Shown here: positions 1-8,963 of the stretch, in pieces | Position numbering within the stretch: position 1 is the first letter of the stretch | How the letters are laid out: the number at the start of each line of letters is the position of its first letter | Virus record (IMG/VR): IMGVR_UViG_3300033979_000663 | Coordinates: 1-64,000 of that record | DNA length: 64,000 nt | DNA from: a virus | Taxonomy: Duplodnaviria; Caudoviricetes | Direction: 5' to 3' (one strand) | Notes under the pieces: generated by a model | Told to the model about the DNA's origin: nothing | The model's database searches: none | What the model saw: the letters and a program-made list of their open reading frames with translations, nothing else | Made by a program: the position numbers and the translations under genes

Positions 1-2
1 GA

Positions 3-884
3 GATCGGCTATCCGATGAAAACATTGATTACCTCTGTGAAGAATTGGGTTATAACCCCGAAGAAGTCGCTAATTACTTGGATGCCCAAGAATACGAAGA
101 CGACGAAGAAGACGATGAAGAAGACGATGAAGAAGACGAAGAGGCTAATTACTCCAGAGGGACTAAATTAGCCGAGTTCCAATCTGGGAATGCCTTTGGG
201 TACAATCTCCAAACTCTACTTTTAGAAGATGGATACGAGGATGTTACATCTGGTGCTGCTGCTTTAAGTAATGCGCTAGGTGTAACAGGTGAAGAAGCTG
301 CTGGTTTGTTGACTGGCGATTATGTTCCCACAAAAGAAACGATCGCACTCTTGGAAGAAATCTTTGAGTTAGATGAAGACCAAGCTGAAGCTTTAGCTAG
401 TTCTGCTTACGAAGCATGGGAAGAGTCAGGACTCCTTGAGGAAGACGAAGAAGATGGTGATGAGGATAACGAAGCTAATTATCGCTTACACCAAGCAGAA
501 TCACAAATAGCTAAGTTTGAAACTCGTGAACTATTGCGTGATTCCTTAGCTGAATTGGAAATAGTTGCCCAACAAGGTTTACAAGAGTGGTGGCTACCTC
601 CTGCTGCTTATCGGGCAATTATGGGCAATGATTCCACTGAACAACAACGAATTGCATCCTTTTCTGCTGCTTGTAAAGAAGACGGTGTGGAATTAGGCGA
701 TCGCCTTTATGCCATGCAGTTTGCGATCGCTTGTTTCAAAGAAGCTGGTCCATTATACGGCAACCAGATTATTGAAGAACAGCTATCTAAGACCCCTGAT
801 GAAGCAAAGTTTGAGGCTTCTGTGGAAACTCAAGCACAACGTAATCACCGTCGTCGGATGCAAAACAATCCTTTACCCCAGTAG
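3..884 (+). CDS. Capsid scaffolding protein, C-terminal part (5'-partial)
   Basis: Very acidic helical protein. Frame is open to the window edge. Lies immediately before the decoration/capsid genes. Several A-x-F/Y motifs (ANYSRGTKLAEF, IAKF, IASF, EAKF). Confidence 0.55.
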   Translation, partial: DRLSDENIDYLCEELGYNPEEVANYLDAQEYEDDEEDDEEDDEEDEEANYSRGTKLAEFQSGNAFGYNLQTLLLEDGYEDVTSGAAALSNALGVTGEEAAGLLTGDYVPTKETIALLEEIFELDEDQAEALASSAYEAWEESGLLEEDEEDGDEDNEANYRLHQAESQIAKFETRELLRDSLAELEIVAQQGLQEWWLPPAAYRAIMGNDSTEQQRIASFSAACKEDGVELGDRLYAMQFAIACFKEAGPLYGNQIIEEQLSKTPDEAKFEASVETQAQRNHRRRMQNNPLPQ

Positions 885-890
885 GAACTC

Positions 891-1751
891 ATGACTTGGA
901 ATAGACGTTCAAATATTGAATTAGGGAAGGCGGTTGTCGCTGCTGTAGAAGGCATTGAGACAATCAGTGTCCTTCTTGTCAGAGACAGATTAGGTTCTGA
1001 CGACGATAACAAAAAATCCTTCCCCGCAGGTGCGGTTATCTGCCGAATTGGTACTGCTTATCACATCCACCCTGGCAGTAAAGTAACTGCTGCTTTCTCC
1101 ACTGGTGCTGCAACTGGAACTGTAGAATTACCCCGTGTGTTTAAAGCAGGTGACGTTCTAACCGTTCCTGATGGACACCACGTTATTACTATCACTGGTA
1201 CTTGGACTACAGGTGGTGATGTTCGTGTTACCCTTCCCAATGGATTCGTTAAGGTGATCGCAACTGGTGCGGGTGGTTCTACCTCCATGACTACCACTCA
1301 GGTTGCAGCTAAGGTTGCGCTTGAATTAAATAATGACCCCGTTGCCTCTGATTTGTTGTTTGCCACCAACATAGCGAACGTGGTTTATGCGTTCAATAAG
1401 CGGGAAATGAACTCAGCTTCATTTGCTGTTGCGTCCACATCCAACGCATCTGATTTAGCACTTGTTACCAGACCTCCGGGTACTGTTGTTGGCACTATCC
1501 TGTCCTACACCAACGCTGGGGTAATTACTTTAACTGGTAACGCCGCGATCGCTGTTCCTATTGGTGCAAATGTCGCTGTAGCTGTTAATGAAATTGTGGG
1601 CATTTATCCTCAACCTATTGATTTAACATACCAACCCAATCAAGCGATCGCTCCTATTATCACTGGTCGAATTTACGAAAACGCATTACCTTATTTTGAT
1701 GATGCGGTGCGTCGGGCATTACCAAAAATCAAGTTTACTGAAAAGTTCTAA
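891..1751 (+). CDS. Head decoration protein with inserted beta-rich domain
   Basis: Position between scaffold and MCP. Decoration-like N-terminus (KSFPAGAVI) and C-terminus (GRIYENALPY) flank a T/V/G-rich insertion. Confidence 0.55.
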   Translation: MTWNRRSNIELGKAVVAAVEGIETISVLLVRDRLGSDDDNKKSFPAGAVICRIGTAYHIHPGSKVTAAFSTGAATGTVELPRVFKAGDVLTVPDGHHVITITGTWTTGGDVRVTLPNGFVKVIATGAGGSTSMTTTQVAAKVALELNNDPVASDLLFATNIANVVYAFNKREMNSASFAVASTSNASDLALVTRPPGTVVGTILSYTNAGVITLTGNAAIAVPIGANVAVAVNEIVGIYPQPIDLTYQPNQAIAPIITGRIYENALPYFDDAVRRALPKIKFTEKF

Positions 1752-1772
1752 TTGTTGTTTTTGGTATTTGTG

Positions 1773-1811
1773 GCCATGTTCGATTCGATTTTCGAGCATG
1801 GCTATTTTTTT
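1773..1811 (+). terminator. Intrinsic terminator containing a copy of the 15-bp palindrome
   Basis: GCCATGTTCGA...TCGAGCATGGC stem followed by a T-run, just after the stop of 891..1751. Confidence 0.6.
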
Positions 1812-1828
1812 AGGAATGGTGAATTATT

Positions 1829-2380
1829 ATGTCAAAACTAGCCAGATTCGCAAGACCTAAAGGTGCGAAGGATAAGAAAAAACGTAAGTCTAATCTATTA
1901 CGTAATATTGCTATTGGTGCAGGTGGCACTGCGTTGCTTAGCAGTGCGGCTTATCTCGGTAGAGGTAAAATTGCTGGATTGATGAGCAAAGGGAAACCGA
2001 AGCCAGGTGTAACTAAAGTTCCTTACTCGCAGTTATCGAAAGAAGAATTGTTGTCAATGGGTGGCAAAGGTCGCATAAACGCAAGAAAAGCTGTTGTGTC
2101 AAGAACGAGTCAGAAGGACGATTTAAAGTATGGAGTGACACCAAATAGTGTTGATGATTTTGAAAACATTAATGCTATTAATAACGCTATCAATACCAAT
2201 CGCCCTGGTTTTACTAAAGAGATGCTGAGGAAAATGAAAAAAGAAAAAGCGGTAAGAATAAAGGCTTACGCTGATCGGCTTAGAAAAGAAGGTGCTTATT
2301 ATTCTTCATCTTCGCAGACTACCAATTTCCATGAATCAACAATGATGTCTCTAGCTAGTTTTAACCGCAAATGGAAATAA
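1829..2380 (+). CDS. Tagged basic protein (LARF-ARPKGAKDKKKRK), one hydrophobic segment
   Basis: N-terminal tag. C-terminus carries YYSSSSQTTNF and a vestigial MMSLASFNRK tag. Confidence 0.75.
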   Translation: MSKLARFARPKGAKDKKKRKSNLLRNIAIGAGGTALLSSAAYLGRGKIAGLMSKGKPKPGVTKVPYSQLSKEELLSMGGKGRINARKAVVSRTSQKDDLKYGVTPNSVDDFENINAINNAINTNRPGFTKEMLRKMKKEKAVRIKAYADRLRKEGAYYSSSSQTTNFHESTMMSLASFNRKWK

Positions 2381-2400
2381 TTATTTAAAAGGTAAATTTT

Positions 2401-2850
2401 ATGCTAACTTTGGCTTCTTTCCGTAGAGGAAAAGACAGGAAGAAAAGAAAATCTCGTAAACGTAAATATTTAGAATCTGCTGCTCAAGGTGCAGGTATTG
2501 GTGTTGTCGCAGTACCTACCGCAGTTGGCATCAGGGAAACGTTTAGGGCTGAAAATGTAGGTAAACCACTAGGTCAAAGCGTCGCACGAAACGTATATGC
2601 TGGTGTGGCTCGTGGTGCTGCGCGGGGTACAGTTCGCGGTATTTATAGAGGTGCTTTAGCTGGGATGATTGGTGACAGCCTAGAAAAAGGAGTATCAACA
2701 CTTTCATCTAAAGGTATTCTGGGTAAGGTACTATTAGGTAGTGCTGCTGCTGGTGCTGCTGGTGGCGTAATAGCCAGAAGGATGAGAGAAAAAGACCGCG
2801 AACGTAAATCTATCCCCGGTAAACTTAAAAGATTCCTGGGAGGTAGGTAA
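2401..2850 (+). CDS. Tagged Gly-zipper protein (LASF-RRGKDRKKRK)
   Basis: Shared tag plus GAxxG repeats. Confidence 0.75.
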   Translation: MLTLASFRRGKDRKKRKSRKRKYLESAAQGAGIGVVAVPTAVGIRETFRAENVGKPLGQSVARNVYAGVARGAARGTVRGIYRGALAGMIGDSLEKGVSTLSSKGILGKVLLGSAAAGAAGGVIARRMREKDRERKSIPGKLKRFLGGR

Positions 2851-3590
2851 TGCTTGACAATATTAATCCTTTCTACCGCAAGAGAAAAGGCAAGTTGCAA
2901 CTCGTTAGAGGTTTTCTCCGCAAGAAGAGAAAGTCTTTGTCAGCGATTAAAAAGAGAGTAATTCAATCTATCCCTGATAAAAAAGATTTATCTAATATTA
3001 AGAAAAAAGTAATTAAAGTTCTCCCCAAGAAAAAGAAGAAAGATCCTAACTTATTGGGAGAAGGTAAAAACGGTAGAGTTATTGCCAAGGGTCCATTTAC
3101 AATCCGCAAGGAATATAAAAAACGTCGGTTCTTAGATCCTGCAAGGAAATTGTTGGATGGACAAACTGCATGGGATAGGGAATACGGCATACAAAAAGTA
3201 TTAGCCGATAGGGGTCTAGCTCCCAAAGTGAAACGTAAAGGTGAAAGATTTATTGAAATGGAACGAGTTTATGGTGAAACCATTGACTCGAAAATGAAAA
3301 ACGGTGAAGCGAGCGATCGCACTCAAAGAAAGTACGGCAAGAAATTAGCTAGGGAAGTGAAGCGGATGCACGATGCTGGTGTTTCCCATAATGATTTACA
3401 TGGCGAGAATGTTATGGTTGGTCCATTCGGTGGCATGAAAGTAATTGATTATGGCTGGGCAAATGATAAAGGCAGACCCCTGAAGATGAGGGAACGCAGG
3501 AAAGACTATGATAAGGTTCTCTCTAGGCATAAGGGTAAAAAGTACAAGGCGTTTAGGGATAGCTTTGAAAAGTCTTATTATGATTATTAA
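2850..3590 (+). CDS. Protein kinase-like enzyme (Bud32/RIO/APH-like fold) with basic N-terminal extension
   Basis: LGEGKNGRV Gly loop, IEMERVYG hinge, HNDLHGENVM catalytic loop, IDYG motif. Confidence 0.8.
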   Translation: MLDNINPFYRKRKGKLQLVRGFLRKKRKSLSAIKKRVIQSIPDKKDLSNIKKKVIKVLPKKKKKDPNLLGEGKNGRVIAKGPFTIRKEYKKRRFLDPARKLLDGQTAWDREYGIQKVLADRGLAPKVKRKGERFIEMERVYGETIDSKMKNGEASDRTQRKYGKKLAREVKRMHDAGVSHNDLHGENVMVGPFGGMKVIDYGWANDKGRPLKMRERRKDYDKVLSRHKGKKYKAFRDSFEKSYYDY

Positions 3591-3739
3591 GACAACAGTC
3601 ATGCTCGATTTGAACATGACTGATATTTTTAAACTTGTGGGTGAGAAACTTGCCAACGAAACCACCTGGAATATTGCAAGTGTTCCTGCGTGGGTTGGCA
3701 ATACAAATATTATCCATAGCCATAATCGAATCGAACACA

Positions 3740-3748
3740 GGGAATAAC
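3740..3748 (+). promoter_or_regulatory. Putative late promoter extended -10 (GGGAATAAC)
   Basis: The same motif recurs 30-45 bp upstream of several virion genes. Abuts the palindrome at 3723-3737. Confidence 0.45.
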
Positions 3749-3778
3749 AGCAACGAACATTAACTGTGTATAGAAAAA

Positions 3779-4924
3779 ATGGCTTATATTGCATCCTGGC
3801 TGAATGAACATCAGCAAACAAAGGAAGCTGATTTAGTTATAGATGAAACTCTAACTTGGCTTAAACAACGGTCTGGTTTGTTGGATAAGTATGTCCCGTT
3901 AAAGACATATTCAAGCCGCAATTTCTTGATGTATGTTGTCAACAAAATCCGTACCGTTGCTTCTATTATTTCTTATGGAGCAGAGCCTCCGGTAGTTCGT
4001 TTGGGCAACTTCAACACCATTGACGCAAAAATGTTCAAGGTGGGTTTAAGTGTCTATTACGATGAAGATCAACAGTGGCAAATGAAGGAAGCAATGGAAT
4101 TAGCGAGACTAAAAAATGTCTCTGTTCAAGACCAGGTTCTTCCTGATGGTTCAATTTTAAAAGGGTCAAACGAAGACCTTGCTAATTTAATTCTTGGCAG
4201 CAATGGGACAATCGCAGACATTACTAGGTCTATTGGTGAATTATTAAATTATTTAACTTGGCAAGCACTTCAGAACGGTTCTGTGAACTATACAGATCCT
4301 CGTACTAATGCCACTCCATTGGTACTGGATTACAAAAATCCTTCTGGCGGTTATAACCATTTCCCTGCGGCTTTAACTGGTAATGATAGCTGGGATCGTC
4401 CCAACACAGCGAATGCTCTGGCTGTGCTTGAGGAAGATGTTGAAACTTTCACTACCACCAATGGTTTCAAGCCTGATTTAATTGTCATGCCGTTAAAAGT
4501 GCGTCGGGCGATGCTGAACCAGGAATCTACTCGTCAAGCGGTTGCCAGCATGAGCAACAACTCTGCGATGTTGGTCGCCAATGCTGTTGGTTCTGTTGGT
4601 CCAGAAATGTTAATGGGTGTACTGGAACGCCGGGAACTTCCCCCAATCATCACATTTGATGAACAGTTTGAAATGGAAGACTCTAACAAGAACCAGAACA
4701 AAATGCGGTTCTTAAACAACAACCGTTATGTATTCTTGACCAAGAATATGGGCGAACGGGCAATGGGTCCCACTTTGGAAGGTGATGGAAGAGAAGGTGC
4801 TTATGTTGTTACCCGTGAAGTTCAGAAATTCCCCCCTGTAGATGCTACCCAAGGTGTGGCCACTGCGTTACCTGCCTTTGGTAATCCCAAATTGTTCTTC
4901 TCCCGTCAAGTAATCACTGAATAG
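3779..4924 (+). CDS. Major capsid protein (lambda gpE-like, HK97 fold)
   Basis: 381 aa. Position in head module. YLTWQALQNG, W..P.TANAL and KPDLIVM pattern typical of Phage_cap_E-type capsids. Confidence 0.75.
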   Translation: MAYIASWLNEHQQTKEADLVIDETLTWLKQRSGLLDKYVPLKTYSSRNFLMYVVNKIRTVASIISYGAEPPVVRLGNFNTIDAKMFKVGLSVYYDEDQQWQMKEAMELARLKNVSVQDQVLPDGSILKGSNEDLANLILGSNGTIADITRSIGELLNYLTWQALQNGSVNYTDPRTNATPLVLDYKNPSGGYNHFPAALTGNDSWDRPNTANALAVLEEDVETFTTTNGFKPDLIVMPLKVRRAMLNQESTRQAVASMSNNSAMLVANAVGSVGPEMLMGVLERRELPPIITFDEQFEMEDSNKNQNKMRFLNNNRYVFLTKNMGERAMGPTLEGDGREGAYVVTREVQKFPPVDATQGVATALPAFGNPKLFFSRQVITE

Positions 4925-4926
4925 CC

Positions 4927-5241
4927 ATGATTGATCCAACAAAGCCTGTCCACTTAAAAACTATGATTCGGGATATCAAAACAGGAAATGTTTATATTCC
5001 CTTGAACCGTGCCTATCAACCTGGCGAAATTCCTTTTCGGTTGTTGACTGATGCTAACGCATACCAAGATGAAAGCACCGCAGAAGTTGTTGTGCCTACT
5101 CAGTCCACTGTCACCCAGATAGCACCCCCGCTAGAACTATCTTCTAGTCAAATCCCAAGCACCAAACTAGAACCTGCACAACCTAGAACAACCAGAATAG
5201 CCAAGGTACAGCCTGAAGCAAGTGAACTTAAAACGGAGTAA
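4927..5241 (+). CDS. Hypothetical head-associated protein
   Basis: Tightly coupled ORF after MCP, with a low-complexity C-terminus. Confidence 0.6.
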   Translation: MIDPTKPVHLKTMIRDIKTGNVYIPLNRAYQPGEIPFRLLTDANAYQDESTAEVVVPTQSTVTQIAPPLELSSSQIPSTKLEPAQPRTTRIAKVQPEASELKTE

Positions 5242-5244
5242 TCT

Positions 5245-5910
5245 ATGCCCCGCTATTCAAAGCTGGCTAATTTTGCCAGAACTAGAGGGGCGAAAGACAA
5301 ACGCCCCCGTAAAAAACGTAGTGATTTATTGGATAGAGAGTACAAGGGTGCGCGGACTATAGAGATGCGTACCCGTTCTATAGCTAATTTAGGCAGAACA
5401 TTAAACTCTATAGGTAGTTCAGTCAGAGAAGCTCGATTAACTGCTAAATGGCTGGGTATCAACCCATCTAGAAAACGCAGTGATCCGATGTCAATTATTA
5501 GAAATGCCCGTTCTGTGTCAGATACGGGGAATAGTATACTTCGATTAGGTAGAGGGTTGTTTGGTATGCGATCGCTCAGTTCAATGATGGCTGAGTTCCG
5601 CAGGGGTAAGGATAAGAAAAAGAGGAAAATTAGGAAATCCACAATTTTACAAAATGCACTTTATGGTGCAGCTTTAACAGGTGCGCCTGGTGCGATTAGT
5701 GGAGCAACAGAAGAAATGCTTTCAACTAGAGTCCCTATTGGCAAGCTTCGCAATGGACAAACCATTGATGTCTTTAGCACCAAACCATCTGTGATCCTGA
5801 AGGGTGCGCTAAAAGGTGCTATTAGAACCGCACCAATAGGAGCAGCACTAGGGGCTGGCAGTTTAATTGCGGCTCGTGGATTACGGAAATTAATGGAAAG
5901 GGAGATATAA
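5245..5910 (+). CDS. Tagged protein with two tandem tag-cargo units
   Basis: RYSKLANF-ARTRGAKDKRPRKKR at the N-terminus; MRSLSSMMAEF-RRGKDKKKRK starting at 5566. Confidence 0.75.
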   Translation: MPRYSKLANFARTRGAKDKRPRKKRSDLLDREYKGARTIEMRTRSIANLGRTLNSIGSSVREARLTAKWLGINPSRKRSDPMSIIRNARSVSDTGNSILRLGRGLFGMRSLSSMMAEFRRGKDKKKRKIRKSTILQNALYGAALTGAPGAISGATEEMLSTRVPIGKLRNGQTIDVFSTKPSVILKGALKGAIRTAPIGAALGAGSLIAARGLRKLMEREI

Positions 5911-5912
5911 TT

Positions 5913-6293
5913 ATGCGATCGCTCAATTCAATGATGGCTGAATTTGCTAGAGGCAAAGACAAGAAAAAGAGAAGAAAGCGAACCTTAGCGGGTTCTGCTG
6001 GTAAAGGTGCTGCTATTGGCATGGGAGTACCTTTAGCTCTTGGCACTTTAGCTGGTGCTACTGGTGCTGGTATATATGCAGCAAAAGCAGGAATGAAACC
6101 AGGAATGGTTGGGCTTTCTATACCTGCTGGTGGACTTGGTGGACTAGCGGCTACCGCAAATAAAGCCCCTGGTAAAGTATTAGCTGCTGGTGCTTTAGGT
6201 GGTGGAATCGGTGCTGGCTTGTATGGTGCAGATAGATTAAAAGAGCGTAACGGTAATCGCTCACCTTTAAATAGAATCGCAGGGAAAAGGTAG
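5913..6293 (+). CDS. Tagged Gly-zipper protein
   Basis: MRSLNSMMAEF-ARGKDKKKRRKR followed by Gly/Ala hydrophobic helices. Confidence 0.8.
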   Translation: MRSLNSMMAEFARGKDKKKRRKRTLAGSAGKGAAIGMGVPLALGTLAGATGAGIYAAKAGMKPGMVGLSIPAGGLGGLAATANKAPGKVLAAGALGGGIGAGLYGADRLKERNGNRSPLNRIAGKR

Positions 6294-6295
6294 TT

Positions 6296-6670
6296 ATGAA
6301 ATTAATATCTTCTCGATATGATTTAGCTGAGTTTCGCAGGGGTAAAGACAAGAGGCAGAGGAAGAAAAAGTCTTTACTAGGTGCTATTGGTAAAGGTGCT
6401 TTAATTGGTGCTGTTATCCCAGTAGGTGTAGGCGCATTGGGAATGGCAGGACTTGGGGCATCATCAACAGCTAAATCTATACCCCAAAGGATTTTTAATA
6501 CTGGCGTAAGCTCATCTATAGGAGGTGCGATGGGAGGCGCACTTGCTCCTGCTACTGCTTTAGCTGGTGGTGCTACTGCTGCTACTGCTTACGGTATTAA
6601 CAAGCTGAGAAATAAAGACAAAAAGCCAACAGTGCGATCGCGGTTAAACAACTTAATTCCTGGTAGGTAA
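6296..6670 (+). CDS. Tagged Gly-zipper protein
   Basis: RYDLAEF-RRGKDKRQRKKK followed by Gly/Ala hydrophobic helices. Confidence 0.8.
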   Translation: MKLISSRYDLAEFRRGKDKRQRKKKSLLGAIGKGALIGAVIPVGVGALGMAGLGASSTAKSIPQRIFNTGVSSSIGGAMGGALAPATALAGGATAATAYGINKLRNKDKKPTVRSRLNNLIPGR

Positions 6671-6672
6671 CT

Positions 6673-7278
6673 ATGTCAACTTACACCACAGTAGAAGCGA
6701 TCGCGCGGAGACTACAGGGTAGATTAAAGGTAATTTCTACCCTGTCCCCTACCACTACCCCCAACTACAATACTCAGCAAGTAGTTGACCCGTTATTAAT
6801 ACAAGATGTTTTGGAGCAAGTCGAGAACGATCTTGATTTGACTTTGGCTCAGATATATGAAATGCCGTTACAAAATAAACATCCTTTACTGGCAGGGATT
6901 GTAGAGAAATTAGTAACAGTAGAAATATTGCAGACATATTATCAAAGTACCCAATCTCCTGAAATGGGGGGAGATCCGGGTTATGGTAGATTGCTTTATC
7001 AACAGGCACAACAGGCGATCGCTAAATTAACTGCGGGTCATAACATCATGGTGTTTGGGGTTCAACCCCCTGCACAAATGCCAGGAGTAGTTACACCACA
7101 ACCAATAGTTTTACCTGGAGAAAGATTAGCGTTAAAGCCACCCGATACCCTATCAACTAACGTTACTGTTGTCACCTCTACCAAGTGGAGAAAGTTGTCA
7201 GATGGCGATCGCAAGGATTGGGGGATTAATTGGGATAACCAAGATAGAGCTAGAGGTGCTGATGAATTATGGAATTAA
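6673..7278 (+). CDS. Head-tail adaptor (Mu gp36/DUF1320-like)
   Basis: YTTVEAI start, IDxxLxxxYxxPL-like segment, Y..A...I..L..G motif, position after MCP. Confidence 0.6.
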   Translation: MSTYTTVEAIARRLQGRLKVISTLSPTTTPNYNTQQVVDPLLIQDVLEQVENDLDLTLAQIYEMPLQNKHPLLAGIVEKLVTVEILQTYYQSTQSPEMGGDPGYGRLLYQQAQQAIAKLTAGHNIMVFGVQPPAQMPGVVTPQPIVLPGERLALKPPDTLSTNVTVVTSTKWRKLSDGDRKDWGINWDNQDRARGADELWN

Positions 7279-7394
7279 TTTACTCCCGACATAGTTTAGC
7301 TACATTTGCCAAACCCCGCACCCCACAAAATACAGAACCAGTAGGCGTGTAAAAAGTCCAAAATAAAATTTACAACAATATCCATTGTTTTATC

Positions 7395-8117
7395 ATGAAA
7401 TCACTAAATACTATGGTAGCTGAATTTGGCAGAGGTAAGGATAAAGCCCCAAGAAAGAAAAGGGCTAACCTCAGAAATCATGTTCTCGGTGGGACGATAG
7501 TTGGCGGTATTGCTGGCAATGCACTCACAAAACCTATTACTGTTCCCATTGAGTTAGTTGGTGGTTTAGCTGGTAGTGCGATCGGCGCGGGTGCAGGTGC
7601 AGCTACTTATGGAGCAAGAAGGGCATGGCGTGGAGGAAAAGCATTAGTAGCGAAACTTAGAGGAAAAGAACCGGAGAAGTACGATTATATGAAAAGTTTA
7701 AGTAGAATGACGGCTGAATTTGCTCGTACTAGAGGCGCAACAGATAAAAAACCCAGGAAGAGAGGAACATTAGCAGGATACATAGGCAAAGGTGCTGCGA
7801 TTGGTGCGCTAGGCATGGTGGGAGGAAGTGCTTTGTTGGGCGGAGTTCATGGTGCGGCTGTAGCCAAACAGGCAGCCAAAGGTTTAGGCATTCCTTTTAA
7901 ACCAATACGCACTCGACTTCAAGTAGGTGCTGGAGGTGCAATGCTTGAAGGTATGAAAGGTGCTATGGTAGCCCCTGGTGCTGCGATCGCGGGCGGAGGA
8001 ATTGGTGCTGGTGCTTATGGGATCAATAAACTTCGTAATCGGAACAAAGAGGAAAAACCCACATCACGACTACAATCAGCAAGAAAGAAACTCGGTGGCA
8101 TGATTGGCGGAAACTAA
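7395..8117 (+). CDS. Tagged Gly-zipper protein with two tandem units
   Basis: MKSLNTMVAEF-GRGKDKAPRKKR; second unit MKSLSRMTAEF-ARTRGATDKKPRKR at 7689. Confidence 0.8.
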   Translation: MKSLNTMVAEFGRGKDKAPRKKRANLRNHVLGGTIVGGIAGNALTKPITVPIELVGGLAGSAIGAGAGAATYGARRAWRGGKALVAKLRGKEPEKYDYMKSLSRMTAEFARTRGATDKKPRKRGTLAGYIGKGAAIGALGMVGGSALLGGVHGAAVAKQAAKGLGIPFKPIRTRLQVGAGGAMLEGMKGAMVAPGAAIAGGGIGAGAYGINKLRNRNKEEKPTSRLQSARKKLGGMIGGN

Positions 8118-8560
8118 TGGAACTAAGAATCACTGGACTCCAACAAGTTAACAGCCTATTAGCGGAAGCCCAGAAAAAATCCAAGGACTTCTCTCCACTA
8201 GAAGCAACCCTGAGAGATATATTCTATGCAGATGCTTCTAAAAGGTTTGAATCATCTCCTTCCGTAGATACAGGTGGTATGGTCTATGGGGATGAATATT
8301 GGCGAAAACTTAAAAAAGTACCACCTCATCGTCGGGGAGGTCAGGTATTAATTGACAGTGAGACAATGATGCAATCTGTAACCGTTGAGGGAGATGGTAA
8401 CGGCATCTTTGAAATCAACGGCACAGAAGTCATCTTCGGTTCAAGAGTTCCCTATGCCAATAAGCAGAATGTAGACCGTCCTTTTCTGTTTTGGCATCCA
8501 TTGTTATTGGAGCAGGTGACAAAGGCGATATCTGAATGGTTGGCAGATATTACTCCTTAA
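8117..8560 (+). CDS. Virion morphogenesis / tail completion protein (Mu gpG-like)
   Basis: W..LK, LIDS..M..S, FGSRVPYA..Q and RPFL motifs. Confidence 0.7.
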   Translation: MELRITGLQQVNSLLAEAQKKSKDFSPLEATLRDIFYADASKRFESSPSVDTGGMVYGDEYWRKLKKVPPHRRGGQVLIDSETMMQSVTVEGDGNGIFEINGTEVIFGSRVPYANKQNVDRPFLFWHPLLLEQVTKAISEWLADITP

Positions 8561-8774
8561 CATCGTTCTGGATATCTTTTAAAAGAGTATCAATATTTTG
8601 AATCTGCTTCTTTGCATTCTTCAAATGTGCTTCCGCGATCGCCACTTGTTCCTTGTAGAACTCTCTCAATTCAAGCAGTCCTTCAAGTGCGCTTTTTGGT
8701 GGCTGTGGAAGCATTTTTCTTGGTTCTATTAAAAGGTGGATGGCAAAATTCGCAGTAGGTTGGACGTGGACCAA
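8550..8774 (-). CDS. Small coiled-coil hypothetical protein (moron)
   Basis: Antisense ORF inside the structural operon. Start uncertain. Confidence 0.45.
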   Translation of the reverse strand: MVHVQPTANFAIHLLIEPRKMLPQPPKSALEGLLELREFYKEQVAIAEAHLKNAKKQIQNIDTLLKDIQNDVKE

Positions 8775-8892
8775 ATGTTTCTCTTTGGGTTGGCTGACTA
8801 CACTTTTTACAAATGAAATTGAATATCCGAGATTGGATAGTACGGTAATGCTCTCGGACGGTATAAGCCCGGACTCTAACTAGCTTTTCCAT
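8683..8892 (-). CDS. Small Zn-finger protein (moron)
   Basis: CKKC...YCEFC motif and [12 protein letters not shown]-terminus. Confidence 0.6.
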   Translation of the reverse strand: MEKLVRVRAYTVREHYRTIQSRIFNFICKKCSQPTQRETFGPRPTYCEFCHPPFNRTKKNASTATKKRT

Positions 8893-8963
8893 GATTATTT
8901 TGACTGGCAGGTCGATCCTAATTATCGGATATGGGAACTAAAAAAGCAAAGAGGGTAATTAAC

